From the IMG/VR virus record IMGVR_UViG_3300044878_000170, positions 1 through 26,724 of that record: 26,724 nt of DNA; one strand, written 5' to 3'. This document shows, one piece after another, positions 7,807 through 16,289 of this stretch (positions are counted from its first letter, which is position 1; each line of letters starts with the position of its first letter). The DNA is from a virus (taxonomy: Duplodnaviria; Caudoviricetes). Under the pieces are notes generated by a model, which worked only from the letters and a program-made list of their open reading frames with translations, ran no database searches and was not told the origin of the DNA. Position numbers and translations under genes: made by a program.

Positions 7807-8979
7807 TTACCGCCCTGCCTTGATACCAATGAGGGCCGCGAGGATCGCTTCCGCCAGCAGCGGGGGGACCGCGTTACCGATCTGGAGGAACTGCTTCGTC
7901 TTCGTCCCGCACCACACGAACGGGCGCTCGAAGGTCTGGAGGGCGGCGGCTTCGTCGATCGTGGCTTGGCGTCCTTCCGGGTCGCGGTCCTTCGCCCCAA
8001 TCGCACGGGTCGGGCGGGTGCCCCATTCGGCGTTTCCAGCGCCAGTAATCGTCGGTGCAGGGGATGTTATCGGGCGCGGGTCGACGACCTGGCAAGTTGT
8101 GCCGGACGCCGCCAGGTGCGTCGGGTAGGACTGCAGGGCGGCGGCCTCTTCGGTAGTGAGGCGCTCCGTGGATCCAGTCCAGCCGGGAGAGCCGGTGTAG
8201 CGCTCGTGGTACTTGGCGATCGGTTCCGCGCCGCCCGCGTCCGTGCCGCCGCCCGTGATAGTCGGGGACGGGCGGGTCGTCATGCCCCGCCAGCCGAGCG
8301 CCTCGGCCATGCTGACCCACTTCTTCACTCCCGGGTCGAGCTTGTCCGGGGTGCGGGAGTAGTAGCGGGAGTGCGTCGGGGTGGGCAGGTTGACGGGGCC
8401 GCCGCGACGGGCGACAAGGATGGCACGCTTGCGGGTCTGCGGGACGCCGTACTGCTCCGCGTTCAGGACCTCGACCTTGACCTGGTAGCCCCAGTCGCGC
8501 ATGACCTCGGCGCACGCTTCCCACACGGGCAGGACGGTCGGGACCTGCTCGAAAGCGACAAGCCGGGGACGGTCGCGCCAGACGTAGGCAAGCGGGGACA
8601 GGACGAGCGCGGTCCTCATGTCGTGCTGTTCACCGAAGGCCAGGAGGGCGTCAGCGTCCTTGTAGGCGTGCAGCTCGATGGCTTCGAGGACCTCGTCCAG
8701 CGCTGCGCGGCCTGCGCCCTTCCCGGCGAGGCTGAACGTCTGGCACGGCGGGGACGCGATCAGCAGGCCGTAGGGCCCGTAGGATTCCCGGTGCTGTTCG
8801 GCGGTGAGCTGCAAACCGTCCCACACGTCGTTATAGATGGTGTCCATCCCGTTCGCCGTCCGTGTCGCTACAGCCTCGGGCATGATCTCCACCCCGGCCT
8901 CTTTGATGCCGAGGCGCTGGCAGGCCACTCCCCAACCACTGCCCGCGAACAAATCGAGGGCCTTGATCCGGGCGCTCAT
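7807..8979 (-). CDS. C5 cytosine DNA methyltransferase
   Basis: Motif I DLFAGSG, IV SPPCQ, VI EQV, VIII GVPQTRKR, X QIGNAVPP. Confidence 0.92.
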   Translation of the reverse strand: MSARIKALDLFAGSGWGVACQRLGIKEAGVEIMPEAVATRTANGMDTIYNDVWDGLQLTAEQHRESYGPYGLLIASPPCQTFSLAGKGAGRAALDEVLEAIELHAYKDADALLAFGEQHDMRTALVLSPLAYVWRDRPRLVAFEQVPTVLPVWEACAEVMRDWGYQVKVEVLNAEQYGVPQTRKRAILVARRGGPVNLPTPTHSRYYSRTPDKLDPGVKKWVSMAEALGWRGMTTRPSPTITGGGTDAGGAEPIAKYHERYTGSPGWTGSTERLTTEEAAALQSYPTHLAASGTTCQVVDPRPITSPAPTITGAGNAEWGTRPTRAIGAKDRDPEGRQATIDEAAALQTFERPFVWCGTKTKQFLQIGNAVPPLLAEAILAALIGIKAGR

Positions 8980-9200
8980 GCCGCGTCCCGGTTCAGGTAG
9001 TTGTAGGCGCCGGAGCGGGTGAGGCCGCCGAGGGCGTCGCCGAGCTGCTGGAACGTGGCCCCGTCGTCGTGGGCGACCTGGGCGGCGCGCTTGCGGAGGT
9101 CCTTCAGTGTTTCGTAGACGTGAGAGACATCACGCAGGATGGTGAGAGAATCTTCGGCGGGCGGCATTGCGGGCACGCCGGATGAGCGGTTATTGTTCAT
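8976..9200 (-). CDS. Small HTH DNA-binding protein
   Basis: AHDDGATFQQLGDALGGLTRSGAYNYL HTH; SD AAGGGGAA. Confidence 0.7.
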   Translation of the reverse strand: MNNNRSSGVPAMPPAEDSLTILRDVSHVYETLKDLRKRAAQVAHDDGATFQQLGDALGGLTRSGAYNYLNRDAA

Positions 9201-9282
9201 TTAGAACCATTCCCCTTAGTAATGGTTGGGCCCGTCAGGTGGTTGGACACCGGCGGGTCTTTCTTTGTTTTCGTACAAGTAC

Positions 9283-9310
9283 AGTCTACCGCAGAGTTAC
9301 GTAGTGTTCC
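9283..9310 (-). promoter_or_regulatory. Promoter/operator GGAACACTAC GTAACTCTGC GG TAGACT
   Basis: Same architecture as 4506-4533; follows the ssb terminator. Confidence 0.7.
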
Positions 9311-9386
9311 GCCGTTTCTACCTAATGACACGCCGGTAATTTACTTAGTTCCCGTGTCGAGTTACCTACTCATCCCCGGGCACGCG

Positions 9387-9420
9387 AAAGGACCCGCCCG
9401 GCGTGATGCCGAACGGGTCC
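9387..9420 (-). terminator. Probable intrinsic terminator after ssb
   Basis: GGACCCGTTCGGC-ATCAC-GCCGGGCGGGTCC followed by TTT, 15 nt after the ssb stop; short U tract. Confidence 0.6.
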
Positions 9421-9435
9421 CAGGTGCTGCGGGGG

Positions 9436-9855
9436 CTAGAACGGAGCCTCTGCGCCTCCGCCGTTGCCCCAGGTGTCGGCCTGCGCCGGCTGGTTGCCCC
9501 AGTTGCCCTGCGCCTGCCCGCCGCCGTTCTGCTGGGCGCGGGGGATGATGCCAACCTCGCGGGCCGTCAGCTCCAGCGACTTGCCCTGCGTCCCGTCCTT
9601 CGCCTCATACTCCCGCAGGCGCTCCTGCCCCGTGACGAGGACGCGGTCGCCCTTCTTCAGCACCTCGGCCAACGCTTCTGCCTTCTTCTCCCAGACCGTG
9701 ACCCGCCGCCACGTCGTGCCGTCCTCGTCCCAGCCGCCCTGCGCGTTCTTCTTGCTGTGGTTCTCCGCGAGGGAGAACTCAAGTACGGCCTTGCCGGCGG
9801 GCGTGAATTTCATCTGGGGTTCGCCAATGTTCCCGGATACGGTGATGTCGCTCAT
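9436..9855 (-). CDS. ssb: Single-stranded DNA-binding protein
   Basis: ITVSGNIGEPQMKFTPAGKAV, W.RVTVW...AE, L.KGDRV.V.G, Gly/Gln-rich tail ending APF. Confidence 0.95.
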   Translation of the reverse strand: MSDITVSGNIGEPQMKFTPAGKAVLEFSLAENHSKKNAQGGWDEDGTTWRRVTVWEKKAEALAEVLKKGDRVLVTGQERLREYEAKDGTQGKSLELTAREVGIIPRAQQNGGGQAQGNWGNQPAQADTWGNGGGAEAPF

Positions 9856-9857
9856 GG

Positions 9858-10112
9858 TTATGCTGCCTGTTCTGTGAGGGTGTATTTGCTGAGGTTGTCG
9901 GGGTGGAAGCCCTGCCAGTGCAGATCGGTTTCCGGGGTGCGGCCGGAGACGACGACCACGGGGACGCCTTCATAGCCGAGGGCCTTGATCGCCGCGAGGT
10001 CCGCCGGGGAGGTCGTGACGTCCACCGTCTGGTAGTCGACGTCTCGGTTATCCAGCCACCGCTTCGTGGCCCGGCATGGCTGGCATCCCGGCTTCGTGTA
10101 GAGGGTGATCAT
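9858..10112 (-). CDS. nrdH: NrdH-like glutaredoxin
   Basis: ITLYTKPGCQPCRATKRWL...GVPVV...W.GFHPD. Confidence 0.92.
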   Translation of the reverse strand: MITLYTKPGCQPCRATKRWLDNRDVDYQTVDVTTSPADLAAIKALGYEGVPVVVVSGRTPETDLHWQGFHPDNLSKYTLTEQAA

Positions 10113-10450
10113 GCTGCTTTCCGTTCTGTGGTGGTGCGGTTGTAGATGTTGTCGATGAGGTTCCAGGTGCGCGTTGCGCAGTCGAAGAATGGTGTTTCTT
10201 CAGGGGAATCCCAGCGGGAGAGTTTCCAGCCGTTATGCCGGGCGAGCGTTGCCCACTTCTGGTCAGACTCGATCCGGCCGTTCATCTCCGCGCACATGAC
10301 GATGACGTTCGCGGGCCGGTCGAGGGTCTTTGATCCGCCCATGCCGCGGTTGATGCGGTGCTGCGGAACGAAGGTGTCCTCCCGGCCCACACACCCGCAG
10401 GGACAGTGCATGTCTCGGGCCAAATACAGGGCGAACTGGCGGCCGTTCAC
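10109..10450 (-). CDS. Divergent HNH endonuclease-like protein, 113 aa
   Basis: RD.HCPCGC...QHRINRGMGGS...N.IVMC...N. Start GTG 10450 (GTGA overlap). Confidence 0.6.
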   Translation of the reverse strand: MNGRQFALYLARDMHCPCGCVGREDTFVPQHRINRGMGGSKTLDRPANVIVMCAEMNGRIESDQKWATLARHNGWKLSRWDSPEETPFFDCATRTWNLIDNIYNRTTTERKAA

Positions 10451-10809
10451 GCCGCCATCGCCTGCCCGGCCGGCTGAGCGGCCCACTCGGAGCGGATCGC
10501 GGAGTTCAGGGAGCGGCCGATGTCGAGCCGGTCCCGCAACACCCGAATAGACTCCCGGGCCGCCCGCAACACCTGGTCGGCGATCTCCACGTCAAGCTTC
10601 TGCATCTCCGTCGCAAGGACGGCCGTCTGCTTCCGCAACCCCTCCGCACCGGTCGCCGCGATGAACGCCCGGGCGTAGGCCACCTCGTAGCGGGACCGTG
10701 CCCGGACCGCCGCTTCGTCAATGTCCCGGATCTCGATCTGCTTCGCGTCCAACTGGCGGCCGAGGTTCGCCAGTTCCAGGATCACCTGGTTGGTGGTTGG
10801 GGTGCTCAC
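10447..10809 (-). CDS. Helical/coiled-coil protein in the recombination module
   Basis: Coupled ORF, all-helical composition. Confidence 0.75.
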   Translation of the reverse strand: MSTPTTNQVILELANLGRQLDAKQIEIRDIDEAAVRARSRYEVAYARAFIAATGAEGLRKQTAVLATEMQKLDVEIADQVLRAARESIRVLRDRLDIGRSLNSAIRSEWAAQPAGQAMAA

Positions 10810-11000
10810 GCGGGGACCTCCAGCAGGAACTCGGTCCCACTCTTGCCCTCAGACTTTGCGGCGGCCGCGATCAGCCGCATACCGAAGTCGCGGGCCTTAT
10901 CGGCAGGCATCCGCATATAGACGTTGTTCGGCAGTTCCACGAGGACTGTCTCTGTGGCGCGGACGGGAATGATCTTGACGGCGTGCGTAACCTCGCTCAT
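10806..11000 (-). CDS. Hypothetical protein, 64 aa
   Basis: 4-bp overlaps on both sides. Confidence 0.7.
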   Translation of the reverse strand: MSEVTHAVKIIPVRATETVLVELPNNVYMRMPADKARDFGMRLIAAAAKSEGKSGTEFLLEVPA

Positions 11001-11530
11001 GCTGCACCGATGGCGAGGACGTCGGACCAGTTCAGCGCTCCGGCCCGGACCAGCTCTTCCAGCTTCTGATCCGCGTCACCGGACGGTTTCGGGGCGACAA
11101 AGGACGAACCGGTGACCTGTTCAATGCCGGGGATCTCTTCGCCGTCCGGCGTGACGGCGGAGCCGAGGGACTTGGCCGTGTTGAGCAGGTTCGTGTAGTG
11201 CCATTCGGGGACGCGGGTGATTGTGACGGTTTCGAGGATTTCGGGCTGGTTGGCCCGGATCCATGCTTCCAGTGCGTCCGGATCGGTGATCTTCCATGCC
11301 GGGGTCGGTTTGGAGCGGGTGATGCCGCCGAGTTCCACTTCGGTGCCGTCCTCCAGTTCGACGTACACGGCGCGGCGCTCACCGGGGCGCATGGGCTTCT
11401 CAATGACCTTGCCGTCTGCGTCCTTCGTGCCTTCGGCGTACTTGGCCTTCAGCGCGTTCTCCAGGTCCGCTACACGCTTCTTCAACAGGTACACGGCCAT
11501 GTACTCGACTTCGCTGCTCATGGTGCTCAT
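10997..11530 (-). CDS. Hypothetical protein, possibly Gam/Gp157-like recombination accessory
   Basis: WKITDPDALEAW...TPDGEEIPGIE motif; adjacent to the AAA recombinase. Family call tentative. Confidence 0.55.
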   Translation of the reverse strand: MSTMSSEVEYMAVYLLKKRVADLENALKAKYAEGTKDADGKVIEKPMRPGERRAVYVELEDGTEVELGGITRSKPTPAWKITDPDALEAWIRANQPEILETVTITRVPEWHYTNLLNTAKSLGSAVTPDGEEIPGIEQVTGSSFVAPKPSGDADQKLEELVRAGALNWSDVLAIGAA

Positions 11531-12588
11531 ACCAGCGTCCCCTCCATTACGTTGTCGGCCTGTTCGGCGTCGGTGATTTTCTTCAGTTCGGCTTCGATGG
11601 CGGCGAACATGCCGTAGTCGTCGGCGAGTCCGGCGCGCCTGCCCTGGTTTCGGAGGGCTTCGAGCTTGGCCCGGTTGCCGACGGCGGCACGGTAGAGCCC
11701 GTTCCAGTCCGGCGCCTGCTGCTGTGCGGCCGCTTGCCTTGCATGGAGCGCCTGGGCGCCGGCGTCCTCGTTCGGGTTCGCCTGGGGGCGCTGGGCGAGC
11801 GCCTCGTCCGGGACCGCGGCCGATGCGTGGCCGTCGGCGTCAGAGTGCTGCCTGGGTGAGGTTGCGTCCGCGCCGTCGATGCCGAGTTGGCGCCACAGCC
11901 AATCGACGCTGAAGTCCTTGACCGGCTTCTTCTCGCCGACCGGGACGTCCAACTTCAACGAGCGGACGCCGCCGATGTAGGTTTCCCCGCGGGCGGGCAT
12001 TTCCACGATCACGCCGACGTCGAAGGGGAGCGACTTTTGGGCCTTGACCTTGAACGTCTTGTCCTTCGTCGGCTTGCCGTCTGCGTCCATCACGGTCACG
12101 ACGTCGAGACGTGCCGTAATGAGGGACGGGCCGTCATGGTTGCGTAGGACGTCGAGCAGGTCGTACCAGCGGCCGGAGGCACGGTTCCACAGATCATGCC
12201 CGATGGTCGCCTCGCCGTTGGAGCCCTTGCGGCGGGCATTGGCCCTCGCTTGAGCCTCATCGGACAGCAGTTCCCACATGCGGGTTCCGGAGTCCAGGAT
12301 GATGAGGTTCGGCTTCCCGTCGATGCGAGGCTCTGCAGCCGCCTCTTCCAGCTTGTTGAGGATCCCGGCATAGGTGCCGTTATGCGGGGCGATCTCGAAC
12401 CGGACGCCGGGGATGGCGCCGTACTCGTCCGGGTCATCCTCGCCGACGCCGATCCAGAAGGTGCGGCCGATCAGGTCAGAGGCGGAGGCCTTGGCGCAGG
12501 CGTAGGACTTGCCGGCCTTCTCCGCCCCGGCCAGGAGGGTGATGGGCCACGGCGGTTTGCCGGTGGGCTTGCGGGTCTGGATGCTCAT
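11527..12588 (-). CDS. AAA/RecA-like (Sak4-type) ATPase, 353 aa
   Basis: Start MSIQTRKPTG at 12588; Walker A GAEKAGKS, Walker B IILDS; upstream of ssb. Confidence 0.85.
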   Translation of the reverse strand: MSIQTRKPTGKPPWPITLLAGAEKAGKSYACAKASASDLIGRTFWIGVGEDDPDEYGAIPGVRFEIAPHNGTYAGILNKLEEAAAEPRIDGKPNLIILDSGTRMWELLSDEAQARANARRKGSNGEATIGHDLWNRASGRWYDLLDVLRNHDGPSLITARLDVVTVMDADGKPTKDKTFKVKAQKSLPFDVGVIVEMPARGETYIGGVRSLKLDVPVGEKKPVKDFSVDWLWRQLGIDGADATSPRQHSDADGHASAAVPDEALAQRPQANPNEDAGAQALHARQAAAQQQAPDWNGLYRAAVGNRAKLEALRNQGRRAGLADDYGMFAAIEAELKKITDAEQADNVMEGTLV

Positions 12589-12764
12589 CGTCTCAGGTCC
12601 TGTCGTTCTTGCCACGCTTCGATGCGGGCTTGGGTGGGGTTGACGTATCCGGAGGTCACGGCCTCGCGGGTGTCTGGGGTGGGGTCGGTGTGGCCGGGGC
12701 AGTAGCAGACGTCCAGCCGGCACGTGTCGCAGCGGTACAGGCCGCCGCAATAGCAGGCGCTCAT
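12585..12764 (-). CDS. Small Cys-rich protein, 59 aa (not in ORF track)
   Basis: MSACYCGGLYRCDTCRLDVCYCPGHTDP...; ATGA overlaps at both ends. Confidence 0.7.
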   Translation of the reverse strand: MSACYCGGLYRCDTCRLDVCYCPGHTDPTPDTREAVTSGYVNPTQARIEAWQERQDLRR

Positions 12765-12940
12765 CGGTCGTCCCTCTCGTCTTCCATGAGGCGTTCGCGG
12801 TCGTACTCGGCCCGATTGTCGGCCTCATGCTTGGGGCAGAAGTCGCCGTAGTCCTCGACTTCGTTCTCGCAGTACTCGTCCGGGGAGTCGAACGTCTTGC
12901 GGTAGGTCATCGCGGGGCAGTAGATCGTTTCGGTGCTCAC
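12761..12940 (-). CDS. Small acidic Cys/His protein, 59 aa
   Basis: MSTETIYCPAM...YCENEVEDYGDFCPKH...; start GTG 12940 (GTGA overlap). Confidence 0.7.
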   Translation of the reverse strand: MSTETIYCPAMTYRKTFDSPDEYCENEVEDYGDFCPKHEADNRAEYDRERLMEDERDDR

Positions 12941-13149
12941 AGCCCTGCCGCCTCGTCGTATACGGATTCCGCGGCCTTGCACGCGAGGCACGTGCACCGG
13001 CACGGGCGGGGGACGCGGCGGGTGATCCGGCGGCTCAGGGCGGCCTGCGCCCGGTTCTCCGCGGCGGCATCGGCACGGTCCGCGGCGAGTGCCCAGGCCA
13101 GCCAGACCCCGGCGCCGATCGTGGCGAGCATCAGGAGGAAGGTGTTCAT
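12937..13149 (-). CDS. Small membrane protein with C-terminal Cys cluster
   Basis: N-terminal hydrophobic helix; CRCTCLAC. Confidence 0.7.
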   Translation of the reverse strand: MNTFLLMLATIGAGVWLAWALAADRADAAAENRAQAALSRRITRRVPRPCRCTCLACKAAESVYDEAAGL

Positions 13150-13526
13150 GAGAGCTCCCAGCGGGTCTTGATGGTGCCGAGGGTGAGGGAGGTTTCCCAG
13201 TACAGGGTGAGCAGGAGCGCGTCCCTGACATGGTCCGTGTTGTCGACGGTGGCGGCCGCGTTGACCTGTAGGTCCGGGTGGGTGCCGTTCTCGATGGTGC
13301 CGAGCTCACGGGCGTAGGTGACCAGCTGGTCGATGTCGCACCAGTTGAGATCCCGGTCGGTGAGCCAGGCGAGACGCCGGGTGAGGGTCTGCAGTTCAGT
13401 CTCGGAAGGGCCGGTGAAGCATGCTATGTCTGCCGCGAAGTGCTTGATCTCGGCGAAGACGATGTGGTTGGCGAGGTTCTTGTCGAACAGGTAGGGGGTC
13501 CGGGTAGACTCTAGAAATGTCGTCAC
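13146..13526 (-). CDS. Hypothetical protein, 126 aa
   Basis: First gene after the promoter at 13603-13629. Confidence 0.75.
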   Translation of the reverse strand: MTTFLESTRTPYLFDKNLANHIVFAEIKHFAADIACFTGPSETELQTLTRRLAWLTDRDLNWCDIDQLVTYARELGTIENGTHPDLQVNAAATVDNTDHVRDALLLTLYWETSLTLGTIKTRWELS

Positions 13527-13602
13527 TGTGGTTCCAATCGCTAGTGATGGTGTCGAGGTCCGGGAGTTCGCGCTTCCGGGCCTCTCTTGTTGCTATGGGA
13601 AC

Positions 13603-13692
13603 AGCTTACATGATGTTCCGTACTGTTCCATACATTTACGGGAAAAAAGGCAAAAAAATATAGGCGAGTCGCCGAACAGTGCGGAAGTTCCT
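13603..13692. promoter_or_regulatory. Promoter/operator cluster
   Basis: Minus strand GGAACAGTAC GGAACATCAT G TAAGCT (13603-13629); A-tract 13643-13659; plus strand CGAACAGTGC GGAAGTTCCT (13673-13692). Confidence 0.65.
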
Positions 13693-13982
13693 CACAGTTG
13701 CTCCCACACGCCGACCGGCCGGCGCTCCACCACATACACGCCCGGGTGCGCCTCAACCCACGCCAGCGCCTGGCCCTCCGTGTTGAAGCCGATCTCCGCC
13801 GTCACGTCCCCGTCCATCACCGCGAACTCCCACCCCGCCGCCTTCACCCAGCCGAGCCGGAGCATCGCCCCGACCGCCGCCGCCGCCTGCAGGTCCAGCA
13901 GATGGTCCGGGGACCCCGCCGCAGACTCGGAATCGTTGATAGCCTGACGGACCGCCGCGTGCAGCTCATCCTCCGGGGTCAC
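13692..13982 (-). CDS. Hypothetical protein, 96 aa
   Basis: Coupled to the upstream ORF by GTGA. Confidence 0.7.
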   Translation of the reverse strand: MTPEDELHAAVRQAINDSESAAGSPDHLLDLQAAAAVGAMLRLGWVKAAGWEFAVMDGDVTAEIGFNTEGQALAWVEAHPGVYVVERRPVGVWEQL

Positions 13983-14230
13983 TTGGATTCCCCATGCTCG
14001 GCGCAGGCGGGATCAAGCCACGGATTTTCCTTGACCGGCCGACATTCTGGCTCGACCGTCCCACACCTCGAACACTCGGCAGTCGTCCACCCCGTGAACC
14101 CGTAATAGGCGAAGGGGTCTGGGTCGTCCCCGGACTTGAGTGAACTCTCCGGCACAAAACGCCCGCATGGGCAGAACCAGCGAACGTCACACCAGCTAGT
14201 GCAGGTGCAGTCGGTATCTGCGGCGCTCAT
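13979..14230 (-). CDS. Cys-rich hypothetical protein, 83 aa
   Basis: CTC, CPCG, CSRC; coupled ORF. Confidence 0.7.
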   Translation of the reverse strand: MSAADTDCTCTSWCDVRWFCPCGRFVPESSLKSGDDPDPFAYYGFTGWTTAECSRCGTVEPECRPVKENPWLDPACAEHGESK

Positions 14231-14418
14231 CGTGAGGCCCTCGGCTGTTTCTTCCGGTAGTCCTCAACATCGGCCCACGGGATCCGGATGTGGTTGGACT
14301 GGTTGCCCTTGCCGGTCTTGTACGCGTTGGGGAACTCGTTGGACCGGGTCAGGATCCGGACCGTTTCGGGGTGCAGGCCGAGATGCTCGGCGACCTCGGA
14401 CACTTTCGCGTCACTCAT
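14227..14418 (-). CDS. Excisionase/MerR-like (HTH_17-type) DNA-binding protein
   Basis: KVSEVAEHLGLHPETVRIL...FP.AYK.G....IRIP..DVE winged HTH pattern. Confidence 0.8.
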   Translation of the reverse strand: MSDAKVSEVAEHLGLHPETVRILTRSNEFPNAYKTGKGNQSNHIRIPWADVEDYRKKQPRASR

Positions 14419-14594
14419 GCTGTTACCTCCTGGGGGATGGATCGGGCGAACTCGGCAGCGTCACGGATGGCGTCCTCGAAGCTCGTCCACGTCGCCGTGG
14501 TGGATGGGGTCTTGACGTACCAAAATCTGTGAGACGGGACCTGGACGAGGCAGCAGTCGTCCTTGCACTGGAAGACCCGGACCGGCCGCTTCAT
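14415..14594 (-). CDS. Hypothetical protein, 59 aa (MKRPVRVFQC...)
   Basis: Start ATG 14594 by ATGA overlap. Confidence 0.65.
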   Translation of the reverse strand: MKRPVRVFQCKDDCCLVQVPSHRFWYVKTPSTTATWTSFEDAIRDAAEFARSIPQEVTA

Positions 14595-14881
14595 GCCCGG
14601 CCCCGTTTTGCGATCTCGCGTTCGATGTACCATTTCGCCTTCTCCAAGTCTTCGATGGCGTCGTGCTTCAAGTCGCACCGCCAGATGTATTTCAGGGCGT
14701 TGCCCAGGTTGAACCCCATGTGCTCCGTGATCTGGATGCACTCGATGCCGCTGGGGTGCCCGGTGTAGTGCGCTGGGCGGTTCACCGGGTCGGGGACGGT
14801 CGGGCGAGCGTGGCAGCCTTGAAGGTGAACTGGTGCCCAGCAAGTTATAAGCCCGGTGCATTCGGAGGTGCCCGGTTTCAT
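14591..14881 (-). CDS. DUF3310-family protein
   Basis: DPVNRPAHY..HPSGIECI.....GFNLGNALKYIWR...K....EDLEKAKWY signature; start ATG 14881. Confidence 0.85.
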   Translation of the reverse strand: MKPGTSECTGLITCWAPVHLQGCHARPTVPDPVNRPAHYTGHPSGIECIQITEHMGFNLGNALKYIWRCDLKHDAIEDLEKAKWYIEREIAKRGRA

Positions 14882-15138
14882 GCCGCACTCCAGACACGGC
14901 AGGCCCCGCCGGAGCGGCCCGGGCGGCGACTGCGGTGGTAGCCGACGGCCCGGATCAGGCCCGCGTCGTGCGCCTCCCGGAAGAGCTTCCCCCACATGGC
15001 CGGCGATGGAGGCTCGCGGAGTTCGGCGCGTTCGGTGAGTGAGTACGCGTCAAAGGGCTTGCCCTCGGCGGCGACCTTCATGAGCGCGTCCATTGCGTCG
15101 GCGCTCCAGTCGAGGTCGTCCAGCACTGCGGCCCTCAT
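14878..15138 (-). CDS. Hypothetical protein, 86 aa, possible winged helix
   Basis: Start MRAAVLDD at 15138 (ATGA overlap); PP.P.MWG.LF..A...GLI..VGY. Confidence 0.65.
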   Translation of the reverse strand: MRAAVLDDLDWSADAMDALMKVAAEGKPFDAYSLTERAELREPPSPAMWGKLFREAHDAGLIRAVGYHRSRRPGRSGGACRVWSAA

Positions 15139-15422
15139 GCCGTCACCGCCGGTTCGCACTGGCAGGAATCGTCCGGGTATTCGCACTCGGGGCAGTAGGT
15201 GATGTGCTCCGACCACTCGCCTTGATCATGGGAGCATTCCTCGCAGTAGGTGCCGATCTGCGTCCGTTCGCATATGCGGAGGGTGTCCTCGTTAGCCGTG
15301 CAGCCCTGCGGGTGGTCTTCCGCCCATGATTCGTAGGCTTCTGTTGTCTCGTCGTCCGGGACCTTGCACGAGCAGGCTTCGGCGTTCTCGTAGACGGGGT
15401 AGTCGACATTGTGTGTCGTCAT
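15135..15422 (-). CDS. Acidic Cys-rich hypothetical protein, 95 aa
   Basis: CSC, CEEC, CPEC, CQC; coupled ORF. Confidence 0.7.
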   Translation of the reverse strand: MTTHNVDYPVYENAEACSCKVPDDETTEAYESWAEDHPQGCTANEDTLRICERTQIGTYCEECSHDQGEWSEHITYCPECEYPDDSCQCEPAVTA

Positions 15423-15622
15423 GATGCTTTCCTCCTGCTGTATTCGGTGATGTCGTCTTCGGTGCGCTGGTTGCGGGCCTGGGTGATGATGTGGGCGAGT
15501 TCGTCCGGGGTCAGGGGTGTGTAGCGGAGTTTCTGCCCGGCGGTCGGTGAGCCCATGATGCCGCGGGGGATGGGCTGGGTGGACATGTTCCGGCGGGTAG
15601 CGCGCCGCTGCGGCTCACTCAC
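15419..15622 (-). CDS. Hypothetical protein, 67 aa
   Basis: 4-bp overlaps on both sides. Confidence 0.65.
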   Translation of the reverse strand: MSEPQRRATRRNMSTQPIPRGIMGSPTAGQKLRYTPLTPDELAHIITQARNQRTEDDITEYSRRKAS

Positions 15623-16023
15623 CGGAGATCCGATACTGCGCGGTTGATGAGTGCGTTCGCTTCCGTCAGCCGGTTCACGACGCTTGAACGGCTTGCCGTT
15701 TGTCCCTTTGGTGGGCGGCCACCTTTGCGCCCGTTGGCGGCGTTGGCCTCTTGCCGCGCAATGACGGATTCTTTCCGGCGCTGGTGCTCGGCATGGTGGA
15801 GGATTACATACACGCTCCCCATGTCTTCCCAGAATCCACCCTCGAGCAGTTCGCGCACTGCTCCCGGCGTTTTAGCGAACCGGCGGACGTCGTCCTTTGG
15901 GATGACAAGGTCAAGCAGTCGGCGGTTGCTCCAGATCAGGCCATCCGTGTGGAGTCGGTAGGCGGCGTCACTGAGCTCCCACGTTTCATCGGCATAGCCG
16001 TCTGAGAGTTTCGTCCAGCTCAT
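15619..16023 (-). CDS. Protein resembling the N-terminal domain of the replication initiator
   Basis: Aligns by eye with 6639-7394: KLSDG..ELSDAAYRL vs KLHNG..ELSDKAFRQ; ELLEGGFW..HAEHQ vs ELLTVGFV..YLEHQ; NGRKGGR vs AGSMGGR. Confidence 0.7.
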   Translation of the reverse strand: MSWTKLSDGYADETWELSDAAYRLHTDGLIWSNRRLLDLVIPKDDVRRFAKTPGAVRELLEGGFWEDMGSVYVILHHAEHQRRKESVIARQEANAANGRKGGRPPKGQTASRSSVVNRLTEANALINRAVSDLR

Positions 16024-16289
16024 GATCCGACCTTCACGGCGGGCTTGCGGATGGACTCGGGCTTGACCCCGAGGTAGCGGGCGGCCTTGATGAGTTTGCC
16101 GTCGGTGAGGGCGCGGTAGCCGGATTCGATGTGGGCGATGCTGTGGGGGTGTTTGAAGCCGACGGCGGTGGCGAGTTCGGCCTGGGTCATTTCCTTGTTG
16201 AGCCGGAGTTGCCGGATGAGGCGGCCGGTCTTGGCGGGGTCATCGTCTGAGTGTCGGCGGGTGGATCGCCGTTTCTGTGGAGTGTTCAT
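16020..16289 (-). CDS. cro: Cro-like XRE HTH regulator, 89 aa
   Basis: IRQLRLNKEMTQAELATAVG....SIAHIESG XRE HTH; divergent from the repressor; first gene of the early operon; start ATG 16289. Confidence 0.8.
   Translation of the reverse strand: MNTPQKRRSTRRHSDDDPAKTGRLIRQLRLNKEMTQAELATAVGFKHPHSIAHIESGYRALTDGKLIKAARYLGVKPESIRKPAVKVGS

Noticed and set aside
7792-9000. Long + strand ORFs (also 257-838, 576-1226, 5012-5611, 17139-18065, 23146-24462, 24511-25227)
   Set aside because: Antisense shadows of well-supported genes, expected in high-GC DNA; no motifs or RBS.
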